DNA of 64,000 bases, taken from the NCBI RefSeq assembly GCF_002105155.1, contig NW_019028996.1:434001-498000 (forward strand). The letters run 5' to 3'. The stretch is from Lobosporangium transversale. Its lineage: Eukaryota. This document shows positions 13,451-25,576 of this stretch, piece after piece. Within the stretch, counting starts at the first letter, position 1; each line of letters starts with the position of its first letter. The translations under genes were made by a program, and so were the position numbers. The notes beneath the pieces are model-generated. The model ran no database searches and was not told the origin of the DNA. It saw only the letters and a program-made list of their open reading frames with translations.

Positions 13451-13723
13451 TGTTGCCCACTGTGTATCTTTGTTTATATCTTTTTCTATAGACTTTGATG
13501 CTCCTTATCTGAGAAACTTCTACTTAAAAGACTGAAAGCTATGATGACGATGAAGAGGGATCAAAATGATCGTTCAGTGATCAATAGTGAAAAGTTGAGA
13601 CTTGATGGAGAACACGAGCGTTCCTTAAGCGATCAAGAGCAGCAGAAGTATCCATCTCAGCCAACTGTTATTATTATTAGTAACATATAATTAATGGGAC
13701 ATCTATTAACCTAAAAAATACTT

Positions 13724-14474
13724 CTAAATACTTTCGCCGGACTCCTTTTCGTCATTTGCCTTCTGTTGACCTTCACCCTCACCTTCACCTTCACCTTGTC
13801 CTCCTGTTCCTCCTTCTTCAAGCTCTGTCAATCGCTGTTGCAGCAGTTTAACATTCTTCATGCCCTCTAGAGCAGCAAGCTTACTTCCATTTCGTGCCTT
13901 CGCAACAGTATCCGTCTTGAGTCGCTGGATATAATATTGTAAGTGTTCTATATCCGTTGTAGCCAGCATTTGATCTATGCTCGCATCTGAGCCAAGCCGC
14001 CCATCATCCTTCCCTTTTTCTACTCTTTCCTTCCCTCCTTCCTTCTCTTCTTCTTTTATTCCATTCTCATCATCCTTCGCACTCGCGATCACCTGCAACT
14101 CTGAGCCTTGTGATACAGCACCAGCAGACTTGTTGGTTTTGTATTTGGAATACATATCCGGTACATTGTTACTTCTGCTAGTAGCTTTTCGGGTAACCAT
14201 ACGACGACGAGCCATTTCTTCATCATCGCTATAATTATCATCTTCTGCATCGTTATCAGCTGCCTCATTATTTGGTGCTGGCATTGTAGTGATTGAAGAA
14301 GCAGGCGTTACATCCGTAGTTCTCGCTGCTGCAATATCGATGGGAACGACAGCTACAGCCTTGACAACTCTCCCAGATGTTTGTTTAACTCCGGTATCAT
14401 TACTTCCTCTTTGTTCCTTTGTTCCTTCCACTTTGTCGTTATTATTATTATTATTATTATCATCACCATCATCA

Positions 14475-14509
<35 letters not shown>

Positions 14510-15775
14510 ATCGTCGTCATCGTCATCATCCAGAAGCTGGTCCTCGTCTTCCTCACTTGATGCCATCTCGAGCATAATTTCCTGCCATCGTGTCTCTAGG
14601 GCCTGAGCACGCTTTAAGGCAATTGATGCCGATTTCTTGTCTCCCTTGTTCATTCTTGCGGTGGCATATGACTTGGCTTGTTGGACATATTGCCAGAGCT
14701 CCTCTGGATTGGAGATTTCAAGTAGTCGTGCCAATGGTGTCGAAATTGGCATCAGTTTAGGTTTATTACTCTTGCTGGTGGTCTTGTTCTTTTTGGGCGG
14801 CGTAATTTCCATCTTAGCCTGTTCATCTACTTGGTGATTTAGTTCAGTCTCAGACGTGGTTATGGTTGCGACCTCAGACTGACCGTTTTTATCAGTGCTA
14901 GTGGTTGATTGAATCTCTTGGATTCCCTGAACACTCATCGCATACGAATCAATCAAAGAATCAATTTGCGCAGATAATGATATATTATCCTTGTTATTAT
15001 TCATCTGTGCAAGGCTTGATTCATTCATCTGATCCTGATTTTGAACCTCAGATTCTGGCTCGTGGTCATCTGGTTGGATTTGATGTATTTGATCATCATA
15101 TGTCTGATCACGGTCGCCTGCCAGTAATGATGCTAAATATTTCTCTTGGTCTTGCTCCGAAATCGATATGGAATCCGAAAGAGTGTATAGGGATACAGCC
15201 TCTTTGCGTTTAGCGCTCCACCATCGCTTCTTCGCCTGCTGGAAGGGGAATTGTTGGGCTAGCATACCTTGTCCAGGACCAGAACTAGCAGTGGGTTGCG
15301 TTGGATTGAAAGCGAAGCGAGTCACAATGCCTGTCAGCTCCTCAGTAATATTCAGCGGTCGATTGTCATCCGTATCATGTGAAGCAGAACTTGTGCTGGG
15401 ACGGCCGCCAGGAAGGGATGAAGTGCTGGCGCTGAATATACTAGAGCGATTGCCACCCCTGAGAGAGCTCAGTGGAGACATTGATGAATGCATGGATGTT
15501 GCCTCATCCTCATCAACTATTTGTCCAGCAGTTCCGGTCTCTGGCTCTTTGGCCTTACTGTTCGTTTTCTTCAGACCCTTGTTGACAAGGACTTTTTCGA
15601 AAGATTCAAGTTGGCTCACCCAGGAATCCCAGTTGTCAAGTGCGGCAGTATCATCACTTTCCTCCAAGCTGTAGTCGACAAGCTCACTTACAGGCTATTT
15701 TTTTTTTTTTTTTTTTTTTTGGAACACGGAAAAATATTCTCATTTTGGTCAATATTTTTTTTTTCTTTTTTCTTA

Positions 15776-15809
<34 letters not shown>

Positions 15810-18695
15810 AGACAACCAAGTGCATTCTTCTTCTTTTACTTACCATAACAAAACCAACGACGTCGCGGTTTTCTGGGACTTCAACTCTTTCCATCAGAGG
15901 CCCCTCCAGTTCTTCCTGGTATTCGTAAGGGACGTACTCCTCACTTTCACGCTTCTTCTTTTCTTTTGATGTAAACATAGTTGAAGCCAACACTAGCGTT
16001 TTGTTATTGTTGCTGCTATTCTCAACGCCGCTTTGGATTAAACCCCTTTGGGCCTTATCACTGTGTACCAATTTGACATCCTCTCCAAAACTACCTGTCT
16101 GACTAATTGTTGACAACAGGAGTGAATTGCTATCCTGCTCCAATGAAACTTTGCTATTATTTTTTTTCGACTTGAATATATTGAATGGTCGGCTCTTGGA
16201 TTTTTTAGAAGATGGTTCAGAGTCCACCGCAGCAAGGTTCTCCATCTCGGCTTCAGATGGATTGTGTTGCTGCTGCAACTCCAGCGGCTCATGATAACCA
16301 TTTGCGCTTTCGGATGGTATTGGGATCGGAGAGGCCGTTTCATCAGATAAAGCTGGCTGCCTCTTTGATGATGATGTGTAGGTGGTTCGAGGAGCATAGG
16401 AAACTGGAATGAGCGCATTAGGCGTATGAGAAGATGACGCTTCGGAGGTTTGTAGCGTTGGAGGAGGCACTGAAGATTGCGACCCAGATAATGATGCATT
16501 CGCCATCTGTTGTAGTTGGTGTTGCTGATGCCAGTTCGACGGGCCTTCCATATTTTGATATTGGTCTTGCAGGCGATTTCCTGAAAGGTCCACCCCCAAC
16601 CTCTGGCCACTAGGTCCTAGTACTACAGCTCTTGACATTTCACTCTCATGCCTGAGCGAAGAAAACGTTGGTGAACCATCCATGATTTCTGCCTGTTGTA
16701 CAGTATCGAGCGAATCGTCAACATCCTTGGCCCTCTCTTTGCCTTTATCAATGGGAGTGGAGGTTTCCATCTTTTTGCTCTTGCTCTTCTTGTCTTTCTC
16801 ACTCTTATCTTTACTTTTGTTTTTCTTTCGTGGTATAGAAGGGCTGCCTCCAAAGAGCGCCTCGTCCATCAGCCTCGCTACCTCATCAAAAGACTCAGTC
16901 GTACCATCCTTCTTCTTCTTTTTACTGAACCATTTGCTTTTTAAGTTTGACCTCTCAGCTGTCTCCTGTTCAGGTTCTGTCGTGTTTTGAATAAGACTTG
17001 GATCGATACTGTACGAAGAATGTTGCAATTGAGTTGCATGGCCAAGCATCGGTCCTTGAGGATGAACTGCCTCTCCCTGCTGTGGCGCTACTTCGCCGCA
17101 AACATCCATTGTATGTGGGACCGAGGCTGTATATTCTGGGTTCTGGCGTGTAAGATAAATTTCAGGCTCATTCACTGGGGGAAGGGGTTTATCATATTCA
17201 TGAGAAGTTTTCTTTTTGTTGTTACTATTGCTACTGCCGGTCGATACCGCCATGTCCTTAGTGCTTTGTGAGAAACTTCCTGGAGCAAACGTAGGAGCAA
17301 AAGGCTGTTCGTCCGAATAAGAGGAAGCGTTGTGCTTCAAAGCCGGCTTTTTACTAGATTTTTTCTTACTCTTCGTGCCTTCGACAGTGTCCGTATTATT
17401 AGATGGAGTTTTGATCTTCTCGGTATCCTGTGTTGCATGCAATGATGTTATTTTATTTGTATGCAGATAGATTAGCCCAAATAGAGCGCCTTTGCCAATT
17501 TACAGAGTATAAAATGTGGTTTTCATTTTAGCTTCTTTACCTTGCCCTCAAATGCGCGCGCACGTCCTTTGACATCCGCGATATAAAATGGATCGACATC
17601 ATCATCATCATCATCATAATATCGAATGTGATGGTCATAGTCTTCCATCAGAGATGGAGTCTCTGAATGATCCAACGGTCGGCCATTGCTGTTAATATTA
17701 GCGTCGCTATTAGTCGGCCGTTGCTGTGAAGCCTGCTGCTGGGAGTATAAGTCTGCTTGGATCCCTGGGTCAACAACAAAGACGTTATCCAGGGCTGCAT
17801 GAGAAATCGATGGGACTGGCGAATCTTGCCCTTCCAAGCTGCTGCCATTAGGGGATCGGTAAGGAGTAGAAACATTTGCTTCCCCAGCTGAGAAGGACTT
17901 TGATTTCTTTTTGCCAAACTTCCATCGAGAAGATTTGCTTGATGATGGGGGCGTTGGATCCTGCTCCATGGATTGAGATGTTGGTGGTGCGTGTGTTGGT
18001 GTGTGGGTCATAAAAATAGGCGATGCCGCGACCGGTGAAGCATTAGGGGAGATTGTAGTCGGGACGGAGTAAGGTGGGGAGATGTACCCATGATTGTTGC
18101 TACCAGAATGGACGATGTTGCTATTATTCCGGTAGTCAGTATATGAAGGCCCATAGGAGCCATATTCTTCTTGTACAGAATTTGATGAAGATGGTGGAGC
18201 TGGTTGGGTTTTGGGTTTTTTCTTGCTAAAAAGACGACTACTGCTGCTGTTACTTTTATCACTATCCTCTACTTGTGATAATGGCTGTAACAATGGTTGT
18301 GATGATAGTTGCTGGGGATATTGCGATGGTTGCGGTGGAGGAGGTTGGTACTGGTGTTGCTGCTGTTGGTAAATCTCATGCGACAAATACTGGTCTTCCT
18401 GTCCATAGAGAATGCCTTTACCATTTGTAAACGAGCCACGGCTCTCTGGTGTTCGCGCCTTTATAGCAGGTGAGGAGGAAGACGATGAAGAGTCTCTTCG
18501 ACGGCCAGACTTTGCACTGGCTTTTAATTGGATCACTCTATCAAGGTAAATGGCTTGCTATTACGAAATCGAATTCACACAGAAAAGTTTTTTTTTTTGC
18601 TTGCATGATTAGTCGGTGTTCGTGAATAAAACACAATGGCTCTGTCTTTCGGGGAGTTTCACTTGTCCCTGTCGAATAAAACACTCAAAGAGCAA

Positions 18696-18731
<36 letters not shown>

Positions 18732-19153
18732 AATATATACAGACGTACAATTGCAAGCATTGATTGTTTCTTCTTTTCACTACCGCATAGAGGGATGACT
18801 CGACCGAGATCGTTGGCTGCTTGGGCATACAGGTTCGCTGCCACAGCCGTCTCTCCAAGTTCGTCTAGCTGGACAGCCTGCTGAGCTTTGACCAATGCAG
18901 CATCAAATATGCTCCGCCAACCATTGTCCGTCCAATTCTCTTGTGGCTGCTGCTCTCTCCCATGTGTTGTGTTTGGGCGTGTACGAGAATGCAATCCATC
19001 CGCTTGTTGCTGTTGCTGTTGTTGGTGGTGGTGAAAAGCATCCTGTGTGAACGCTGAAATAGACTGATTGGGATGCCCTGGCGGAGGAGGGGGAGCCACT
19101 GATGAGTTGGTCAGGGTAACAGACCGATGGCTCCTAGTCGAGGAAGATGCCAT
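13724..19153 (-). CDS. large, mostly disordered MIT-domain protein with two C-terminal helical hairpins, 4 exons
   Basis: AALVKAQQAVQLDELGETAVAANLYAQAANDL..KKQSMLAI/QAIYLDRVIQLK is MIT-like; exons ~19153-18748, 18557-17541, 17427-15844, 15694-13724 join in frame with GT-AG introns. Confidence 0.75.
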
Positions 19154-19800
19154 TCTGAATTAGATGAAGAATGAGAGAAACAAGGAATTCAATGTGCTTT
19201 ATTTATTATTATTTTTTTCTGTTTGATTTTAAGAGTATAGAAGATGCAGAAGTGCTGTGGAGGGGCAATCGAGTCAAAGTGTGATTAAGAAGAAAGGAAA
19301 GAGAAAAGAGAGAGGAGGGAAGATCGAGGATAGGAAATGGAGGAAAAGAAAGAGGCAAAGAGGCACAGAAAGAGAGCAGGAAAAAGAGAGCTCAGCTCCA
19401 CCTGTCTTTACTTTATGAAATTGACAAGAGCACGCACTTTATAGTTGCTGATGAATATGACTGGTTCCACACTCAGCTGTAACACAACATTTTCATGATG
19501 CAATATAATGTCGGGAACAAGCAGGCCATTAATAACTAATCCTCAGTTACTCACCCCACTTCCTTGAATCCTTGGCATTACTCAACCTTTTCTAATTTTT
19601 ATTTTTTTTATTTTTTATACTTTTATCCTCCAGATTGGTCCTCTTGTACCACTGCACAATACATGTAAAACTGTAGAAACATTAATGACTGAGAGCACAA
19701 GCATAAGCATGGCATGAATTGTTCCAAGCACAAACCAAATTGTCCAGGCACTAATTTCAAACTTATTGTGTAACAAACAAAAATGAAGCAGAAGATCACG

Positions 19801-19833
<33 letters not shown>

Positions 19834-20539
19834 TTTGTCATTCGAATTCACTTGAGAAGAGATGCTATCAAAAAATGATATTGATACATGTACTTATCCA
19901 TCTTTTTGTAGGGTCGTAGTTGCTTCCACTCAACCTTCGGGGTAATACTACTAGAAACACTTGAAAAATTCCGTATGCAATGAGAGGGATGGGGTGATCA
20001 CTCTCTGTCAGACGAATCTGGTTGACATGGAACCAGCTCCATGACTACTCTTTTAAAGTATCTCCATCACAATGGAAAACCACGATCAGGCTGCGCCCTC
20101 CTCCATCCCGGGTAAGCGGTTCTTCAGCCAGCAACGGCTTTGGCAACGGCAAAAAAGAGATAGTCATTTTGAGAATACATGATCTTTTCGTTACATTTGT
20201 GCTTATTGGCTGCGGGGTGATATAAATAAAGTTCCGCCACCAATTTCGCTTATAATAAATTAAATGGAGAAACATAAAAAAAAAGATAAATAAAACACAA
20301 AAACTCGGTGAAGGTGTAAGAGCCTTATTTGCTGTCTTTTGGAGTTGATGTATAGTGACCCAAGTTCCGTACAGCAGTGGTTTTACCCAATCAATGAACT
20401 AGTGTTCTATTATATTGAACCGACCGTTTAAAGAAACCACTTGATGACTTAAAGTGCCTATATTTCAATCAACATCACCCTTGGGAAATTAAGAGCTCAG
20501 TCGCAACGTGCTTTTAAGGAACATTAGCAAATAATGCTC

Positions 20540-20966
20540 CTCAGCTGACGATGGCCTACAGTTATGTTGCGCAGCAGGGAATAGCCAGACTGCCATTCCC
20601 TACCGATCTGTCATGTTAGGTCTTCGATTTTGTCAATGCTGCTCCTACTATTGCTCAAATACCAATGCAAATTTCTTCCTGAGCTCCATTCCTTTCGAAC
20701 GTTGAATACCTTTTTCAATGCGGCCTCTACACCATACCTTGGTTAATGGCGGGTTCCTTTGAGAGCTTCCTCACATGTTTGCAAAGGCCAAATCGATAAA
20801 ACACTTTTTTAAGATGCCATTCGTGAGGTTGAAATTGACATTGATTTCTTGACCGTACTGAGCCAGCCCAACCCCTATGTTGCCTCTCAAACATTGCATC
20901 CAACGCAAGGTTGCAAAGAGACTCTATCGTCTTATTGCCCTAAATATCCTAAAATGCGCTTCTAGA

Positions 20967-21000
<34 letters not shown>

Positions 21001-21420
21001 TAGCTTAATGACGGTTTTGGTCTCCCTAATACCATTGATTATTCTGCGCCATCAACGGCTCCGACGCCTTTGCATAGTACGGGCATAAACATGAGGTCTT
21101 TTCTTTTAAAGGCCACATCCATCCATTAATAGTAAATCTCATCTGGTATCGTGTCCGATGTTAGTTCTTTGAACGTAGCTGTAAGTACTAAAGTTGTGTA
21201 TGATGGCTTGTGGTCTTTGACCTTATTGGAAAGTGCTTCGGACTTGGACGCTACTGCTGCTGCTATGACGGGCCAGCTGCTTTCTTCTTAAAATGCCAAA
21301 GTACGTGCTGGCAAGCTCACTCCGGATTAATGTCCGAGTCGATGCCATTATCCCCAAAAGAGAAGTATATACCATCTTTTTGATGGCGAAATATGATAAT
21401 AAAATCAAATCATTCAGTCT
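20540..21420 (-). pseudogene. degenerate Harbinger/ISL2EU-like transposase fossil
   Basis: Colinear motif remnants GAVDG (~21048-21062), IDLAF (~20790), RIEKGIQR (~20710), AAQHN (~20565), broken by stops and a poly-A tract. Confidence 0.4.
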
Positions 21421-22003
21421 GCATTCAAGACGGAATAGCGCTGCCGAATACAATTTTCGAATACAATTTTTAAGGTTTAATCGTGTATGAGAATACAATC
21501 CTAAAAAATAATTCGAATTCAAATTTTTGTATTCGAAATTCCTATTCTCTAATTCGAATTACTTTTTTCATCATCATATTTACATTCAAGACCAAATACG
21601 ACCCATCGAATACAATTTTTTTTAAGGCTTTGGCGTGCATGAGAATACGGTCTAAAATTTTAGGTTGTCCAATGGAAGTGAATGTAAACAAACAAACAAA
21701 CAAACATTCGAAATCGTATTCTCCAAAAAGGTGAATTCAATTTCGAATAACAATTTTCAATTTTGAATTGCTTTCTTTTTTCTCACGTACGGCCCCTTAA
21801 ACATCCCTGACCTTTTTTTGTCTCTTGCGTGTTTTCTTGTTCTTGCTCCTTTTCATTAATTACACCATGACAAACCTCCAAAACACACCCTCGCATAGAG
21901 TCCTCGCCAAAAAGTCATAAACTGGATATATTTTTCAGGCTTTTAAATTGAATAGAATACTTCCACTTTTAGACGCAGGAAAAATACGTACAAACTCAAA
22001 ATT

Positions 22004-23155
22004 TTAATTTTTACGAGAGCGTTTTCGATTGATAAGAGGCTCGTCCTCAGACTCGCTATCCTCTATCACATTAAACATGCTTCCAGCATCTAGCGTAAGA
22101 TCCACTATCTCAGGGCCTAGGGTAACAGCTTCAGCTCGCTCTTGATTTAGTACTCTAATGAGTTCTGCATCCCACTCACTATTGTCGACTTTGAAAGTGT
22201 CACTAAGGTCCACAATAGGCTCGTTTTCATCAAAAACCTCTTGATAAACCTCTTCGACTATTTCTTCCTGTGCATGACTCCTCTCGTTATAGTATCTCAT
22301 GCCAATTTTCACAGACTTCTTCCATACAGAGTAAAAGACTTTACACGGAATCTGGGAAAACAAGCTTAATAGCCTTTTTTTCAGCAAGATGGATGTCATT
22401 GTCACCATTGCTCTCGAGGCAATTATGTTTTTCACAACTGCCCAGATCTTCTCAATAGGTTGTAGCTCGCAATGGTAGGGTGGAGTCTTGAGGATTTCAT
22501 GTCCACCATTCTCCTGGGCTATTTTACTGATAGAGAAATACGACTCATCAGGAAGAGCGTTAACCAATTCCATAAGCTCGTTTTTGTTCAGTGCTTTTCC
22601 ATTTTCCCTTGTTGGAATAACAATCTCCTTGCCCGTGAGCCACTCTTTGATAGTTTTCACAGTGTCGCTCTTGGTTGGTTTCCTGTTTTTCTTGTGAAAG
22701 TGATATGAAGCGCCATCAAGATGGATTTTACAAGGGCCAAGTCCCATCTTATTGAGATTCTCACAAAGTCGCTTAAAGATACTATCGAACAAACTAGCGT
22801 TGAAGTTTCCATGATAATCGTGATCTGTTGCCACGACCCCTGCATTCCTGATCTCCTCAGGTACGTCATCCCACAGTTCAGCCTCCTGCTCTTGGCCTTT
22901 TTTTGATTGAGGCTTTGGTCCCTTTGATGGCCAAACATACACGCTATCATTAACGAATTTGCCTTCAACCTTTTTAGCAGCTTCATCATAATATACAATG
23001 AAGGCTGCAAATATAACCATGATTGGTTTCCTTCCTGCATCGTTAATGACACCACCGCCACTTTGCACCCAACGTCTTGCTGCAGCATGGTCAATGTGGC
23101 AGTAAGACTCGTCCAAGAAGACCTCTGGAGTCCTAGGCACCCAACTGCCGTCTAC
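22004..23155 (-). pseudogene. DD87E transposase, C-terminal catalytic segment (piece C)
   Basis: VFLDESY, HLDGASYH, TPPYHCELQPIEKIW; 87 residues between the second D and E. Confidence 0.9.
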
Positions 23156-23161
23156 TATGTA

Positions 23162-23611
23162 TATAATGCTATAATGAATGCGCCACCAGCAGTCCAAGAC
23201 TGGTTTAAGAAGACAGACAACAGAGCAATGGACCTTTCGATTCTGATGGGTGTAGGGAGAAACACTTGTGTGGCAGCAATTAAATATGCACAAACAGGCA
23301 TCGTCGAAATGACAGGGCGAGGAAGAACTGGACGCCCTAAAAAAGAAGCGGACAAGGATTTAAACTCGAAGGTGCTGAATATCATAGTTGAATCAAACAA
23401 GAGCGGGACTCCTAATTCTGCGGGTTTAATTGCAAACCAACTGAAAGAAGACTTTGAAATCGACAGATCAGCAAGATCAATCACTCGCGACCTCCGTAAA
23501 ATGGGACTGTATTGGGGCAAAGGGATCCGACAGAACTTTTTGCACGACTCCAAGGAGAATATTGCCTTCCGAGCTACTTACCTGAAGCGCCGTCTTAAGA
23601 ATTTAAAACTA
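23162..23611 (+). pseudogene. DD87E transposase, inverted middle HTH segment (piece B)
   Basis: GRPKK, IANQLKEDFEIDRSARSITRDLRKMGLYW; bounded by TA sites that fuse in frame with pieces A and C. Confidence 0.85.
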
Positions 23612-25214
23612 TAGTGCGTGCCAAAACTGATGCAATAAATTGCATTTTTCAACATTCATTCCTCATTCTCCTTCTTCCTCTTTATGATCTTCCCTGCCAC
23701 CACCGTTTCTCATTCTCATTTGTCTCACCTCCATGGAGTCTCATCGTCATCGCCATCAGTGGCCTAATTAGCATTTAATTGCAATTTGCTTTCAGCATCT
23801 CATTGCATCTATTATGGCAATTAACAACTTCTTGTTTTTATTTATTCCTGTTACTTCTCCTTTCCCCTAACGATGTTCCCTCCTTTAGCCTTATATAACT
23901 CCCTCATCCTCTTCGGCATACCGCAGTATAGTTTGTGTAAGAATTCAGGAGGGATATGTGTCCATACGTCTTGGACTCTCTCCCAGAGATCCTCCATATT
24001 CTTTGCCTTGTCTGGATAATGATCCAACTGCACCTTCATGTATGCCCAAATGTTTTCTATTGGGTTGATGTCAGGAGAGTTTGCTGGCCATTCCATGAGA
24101 GGTATCTTAGACTTTTGGATATAGGTCATTGCTATTCTTCCGGTATGAATCCTAGCATTGTCCTGCTGAAATATAAATTTGTCCTTATCCATCAAGTAGT
24201 AATCCCTGGACTTAAAGATATAATCCTTGAGAACGTCGACGTATGTTACCGAATCCACCTTCTCTTGGAGCCAGCAGCCATCGCCTGGTCCGTAGTAAGT
24301 TATACAACCCCAGAACATCATTTTGCCTCCACCGCCTTGCCTTGTCTTTTTGATATGATGTGCTCGTAGAGTTTTATCCCATCGATGCTTGTAGTAGTAC
24401 TTTCTTCCGCAGGACCCAACTCTGCTAAAGATGGTCTCATCTGAGAACATGACGTTCTTCCAGTCTTCTAGAGTCCAGTCCAAGTGATCCTTTGCAAAAT
24501 TATATCGAGCATAGATTTGCTTCTTCGTCAGATCAGGCTGCTTCTGTTTTACATATGCCCCCATATCATCCTGCATAAGGAACCTCCTGATGCTCGATTT
24601 ACTAACCTGCACTCCTTCCCTCAATTGAACAAGTTGTTGGCCATCTTTTAGGGTCTCCAATACACCCATGTCAAAAAATCTTGATAAAAGCTGTTTCGTT
24701 TTCTTAGTAACTTTGCAGGGTCGGCCCCCTCTCAGCACTGGAATACTTTCTTTGCCTCTTTTCCTAATCCTTTGAGCTGAGGTAACAGATATCCCTAAAC
24801 TCTTTGACACTTCTCTGGAAGACTTTCCCTGATGAAGTAGAGCAGTTGCATTTTGGATAGTTGATTTGGATAATGATTTCATGTTATGATAAAGATATGG
24901 CAGATATGTAGAGTGTCGCTTGGTGTATCAGTGGTGATGGTGCTATAAAGAAAGAATAAAGAATAAGAAAGAAGTAAGGGATGGACAAACCTGACATGTA
25001 CTTTTTACCAAAACTGATGCAATGAGACATGACTATACAAATGGCGATTATTCGCTAATTGCGTCATTGATGAGAACAGCGATGACAGTCTACGAAGGTG
25101 AGACAAATGAGAATAAGAAGCGGTGATGGTAGGGAAGATCATTAGAAAGGAAAAGGAGAATGAGGAATGAATGTTAAAAAATGCAAATTATTGCATCAGT
25201 TTTGGCACGCACCA
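23612..25214 (-). mobile_element. Tc1-family transposon (DD34E) with ~200-bp imperfect TIRs
   Basis: Ends TAGTGCGTGCCAAAACTGATGCAATAA and TTATTGCATCAGTTTTGGCACGCACCA; TA at 23610-23611 and 25215-25216. Confidence 0.92.
23851..24882 (-). CDS. Tc1 transposase, intact 343 aa, DD34E
   Basis: GRPCK, WKNVMFSDET, FQQDNARIH, WPANSPDINPIENIW. Confidence 0.95.
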   Translation of the reverse strand: MKSLSKSTIQNATALLHQGKSSREVSKSLGISVTSAQRIRKRGKESIPVLRGGRPCKVTKKTKQLLSRFFDMGVLETLKDGQQLVQLREGVQVSKSSIRRFLMQDDMGAYVKQKQPDLTKKQIYARYNFAKDHLDWTLEDWKNVMFSDETIFSRVGSCGRKYYYKHRWDKTLRAHHIKKTRQGGGGKMMFWGCITYYGPGDGCWLQEKVDSVTYVDVLKDYIFKSRDYYLMDKDKFIFQQDNARIHTGRIAMTYIQKSKIPLMEWPANSPDINPIENIWAYMKVQLDHYPDKAKNMEDLWERVQDVWTHIPPEFLHKLYCGMPKRMRELYKAKGGNIVRGKEK

Positions 25215-25216
25215 TA

Positions 25217-25576
25217 TGTATGAGCTATTATCGCGTATTCGTCTTTAGTAACGGACGCTTTACTGCGTGTAAATGCCTTTTTTCTCTCTCCAGTTTGTTT
25301 GTCTGACAAGAATGGATTTAAATCGAGGGTATTGGGACGCTCACCGAATTGCTCTAATGAGGTAGAACTCCTTGGCTCGTTTCTGGGAGGAGTAATCCAT
25401 TGATATTCGGTAGGAGACCTAATAGGGGAGAGATCGGCTTCAGTGGGCAGTTGTGGCGATCTTCGAGGCGGAGTGAAGGGTGTGCCTGAAATCATTTGGT
25501 CGATATTTCCTTCGCTATACCAACCACCAAGATCGTTGTATGAGAGTAGGTTATTGATATCAAAAGGGAAAGACAT
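25217..25576 (-). pseudogene. DD87E transposase, N-terminal segment (piece A)
   Basis: MSFPFD..KDEYAIIAHT ends exactly at the Tc1 TA; lies inside the 37-bp TIR. Confidence 0.75.

Noticed and set aside
21422..21775. Recurrent CGAAT/GAATAC motifs as a CRISPR-like array
   Set aside because: Irregular spacing, no unique spacers, eukaryotic context; explained as transposon terminal repeats
21791..21802. GGCCCCTTAAAC as a canonical Harbinger terminus
   Set aside because: No inverted partner found beyond the transposase start
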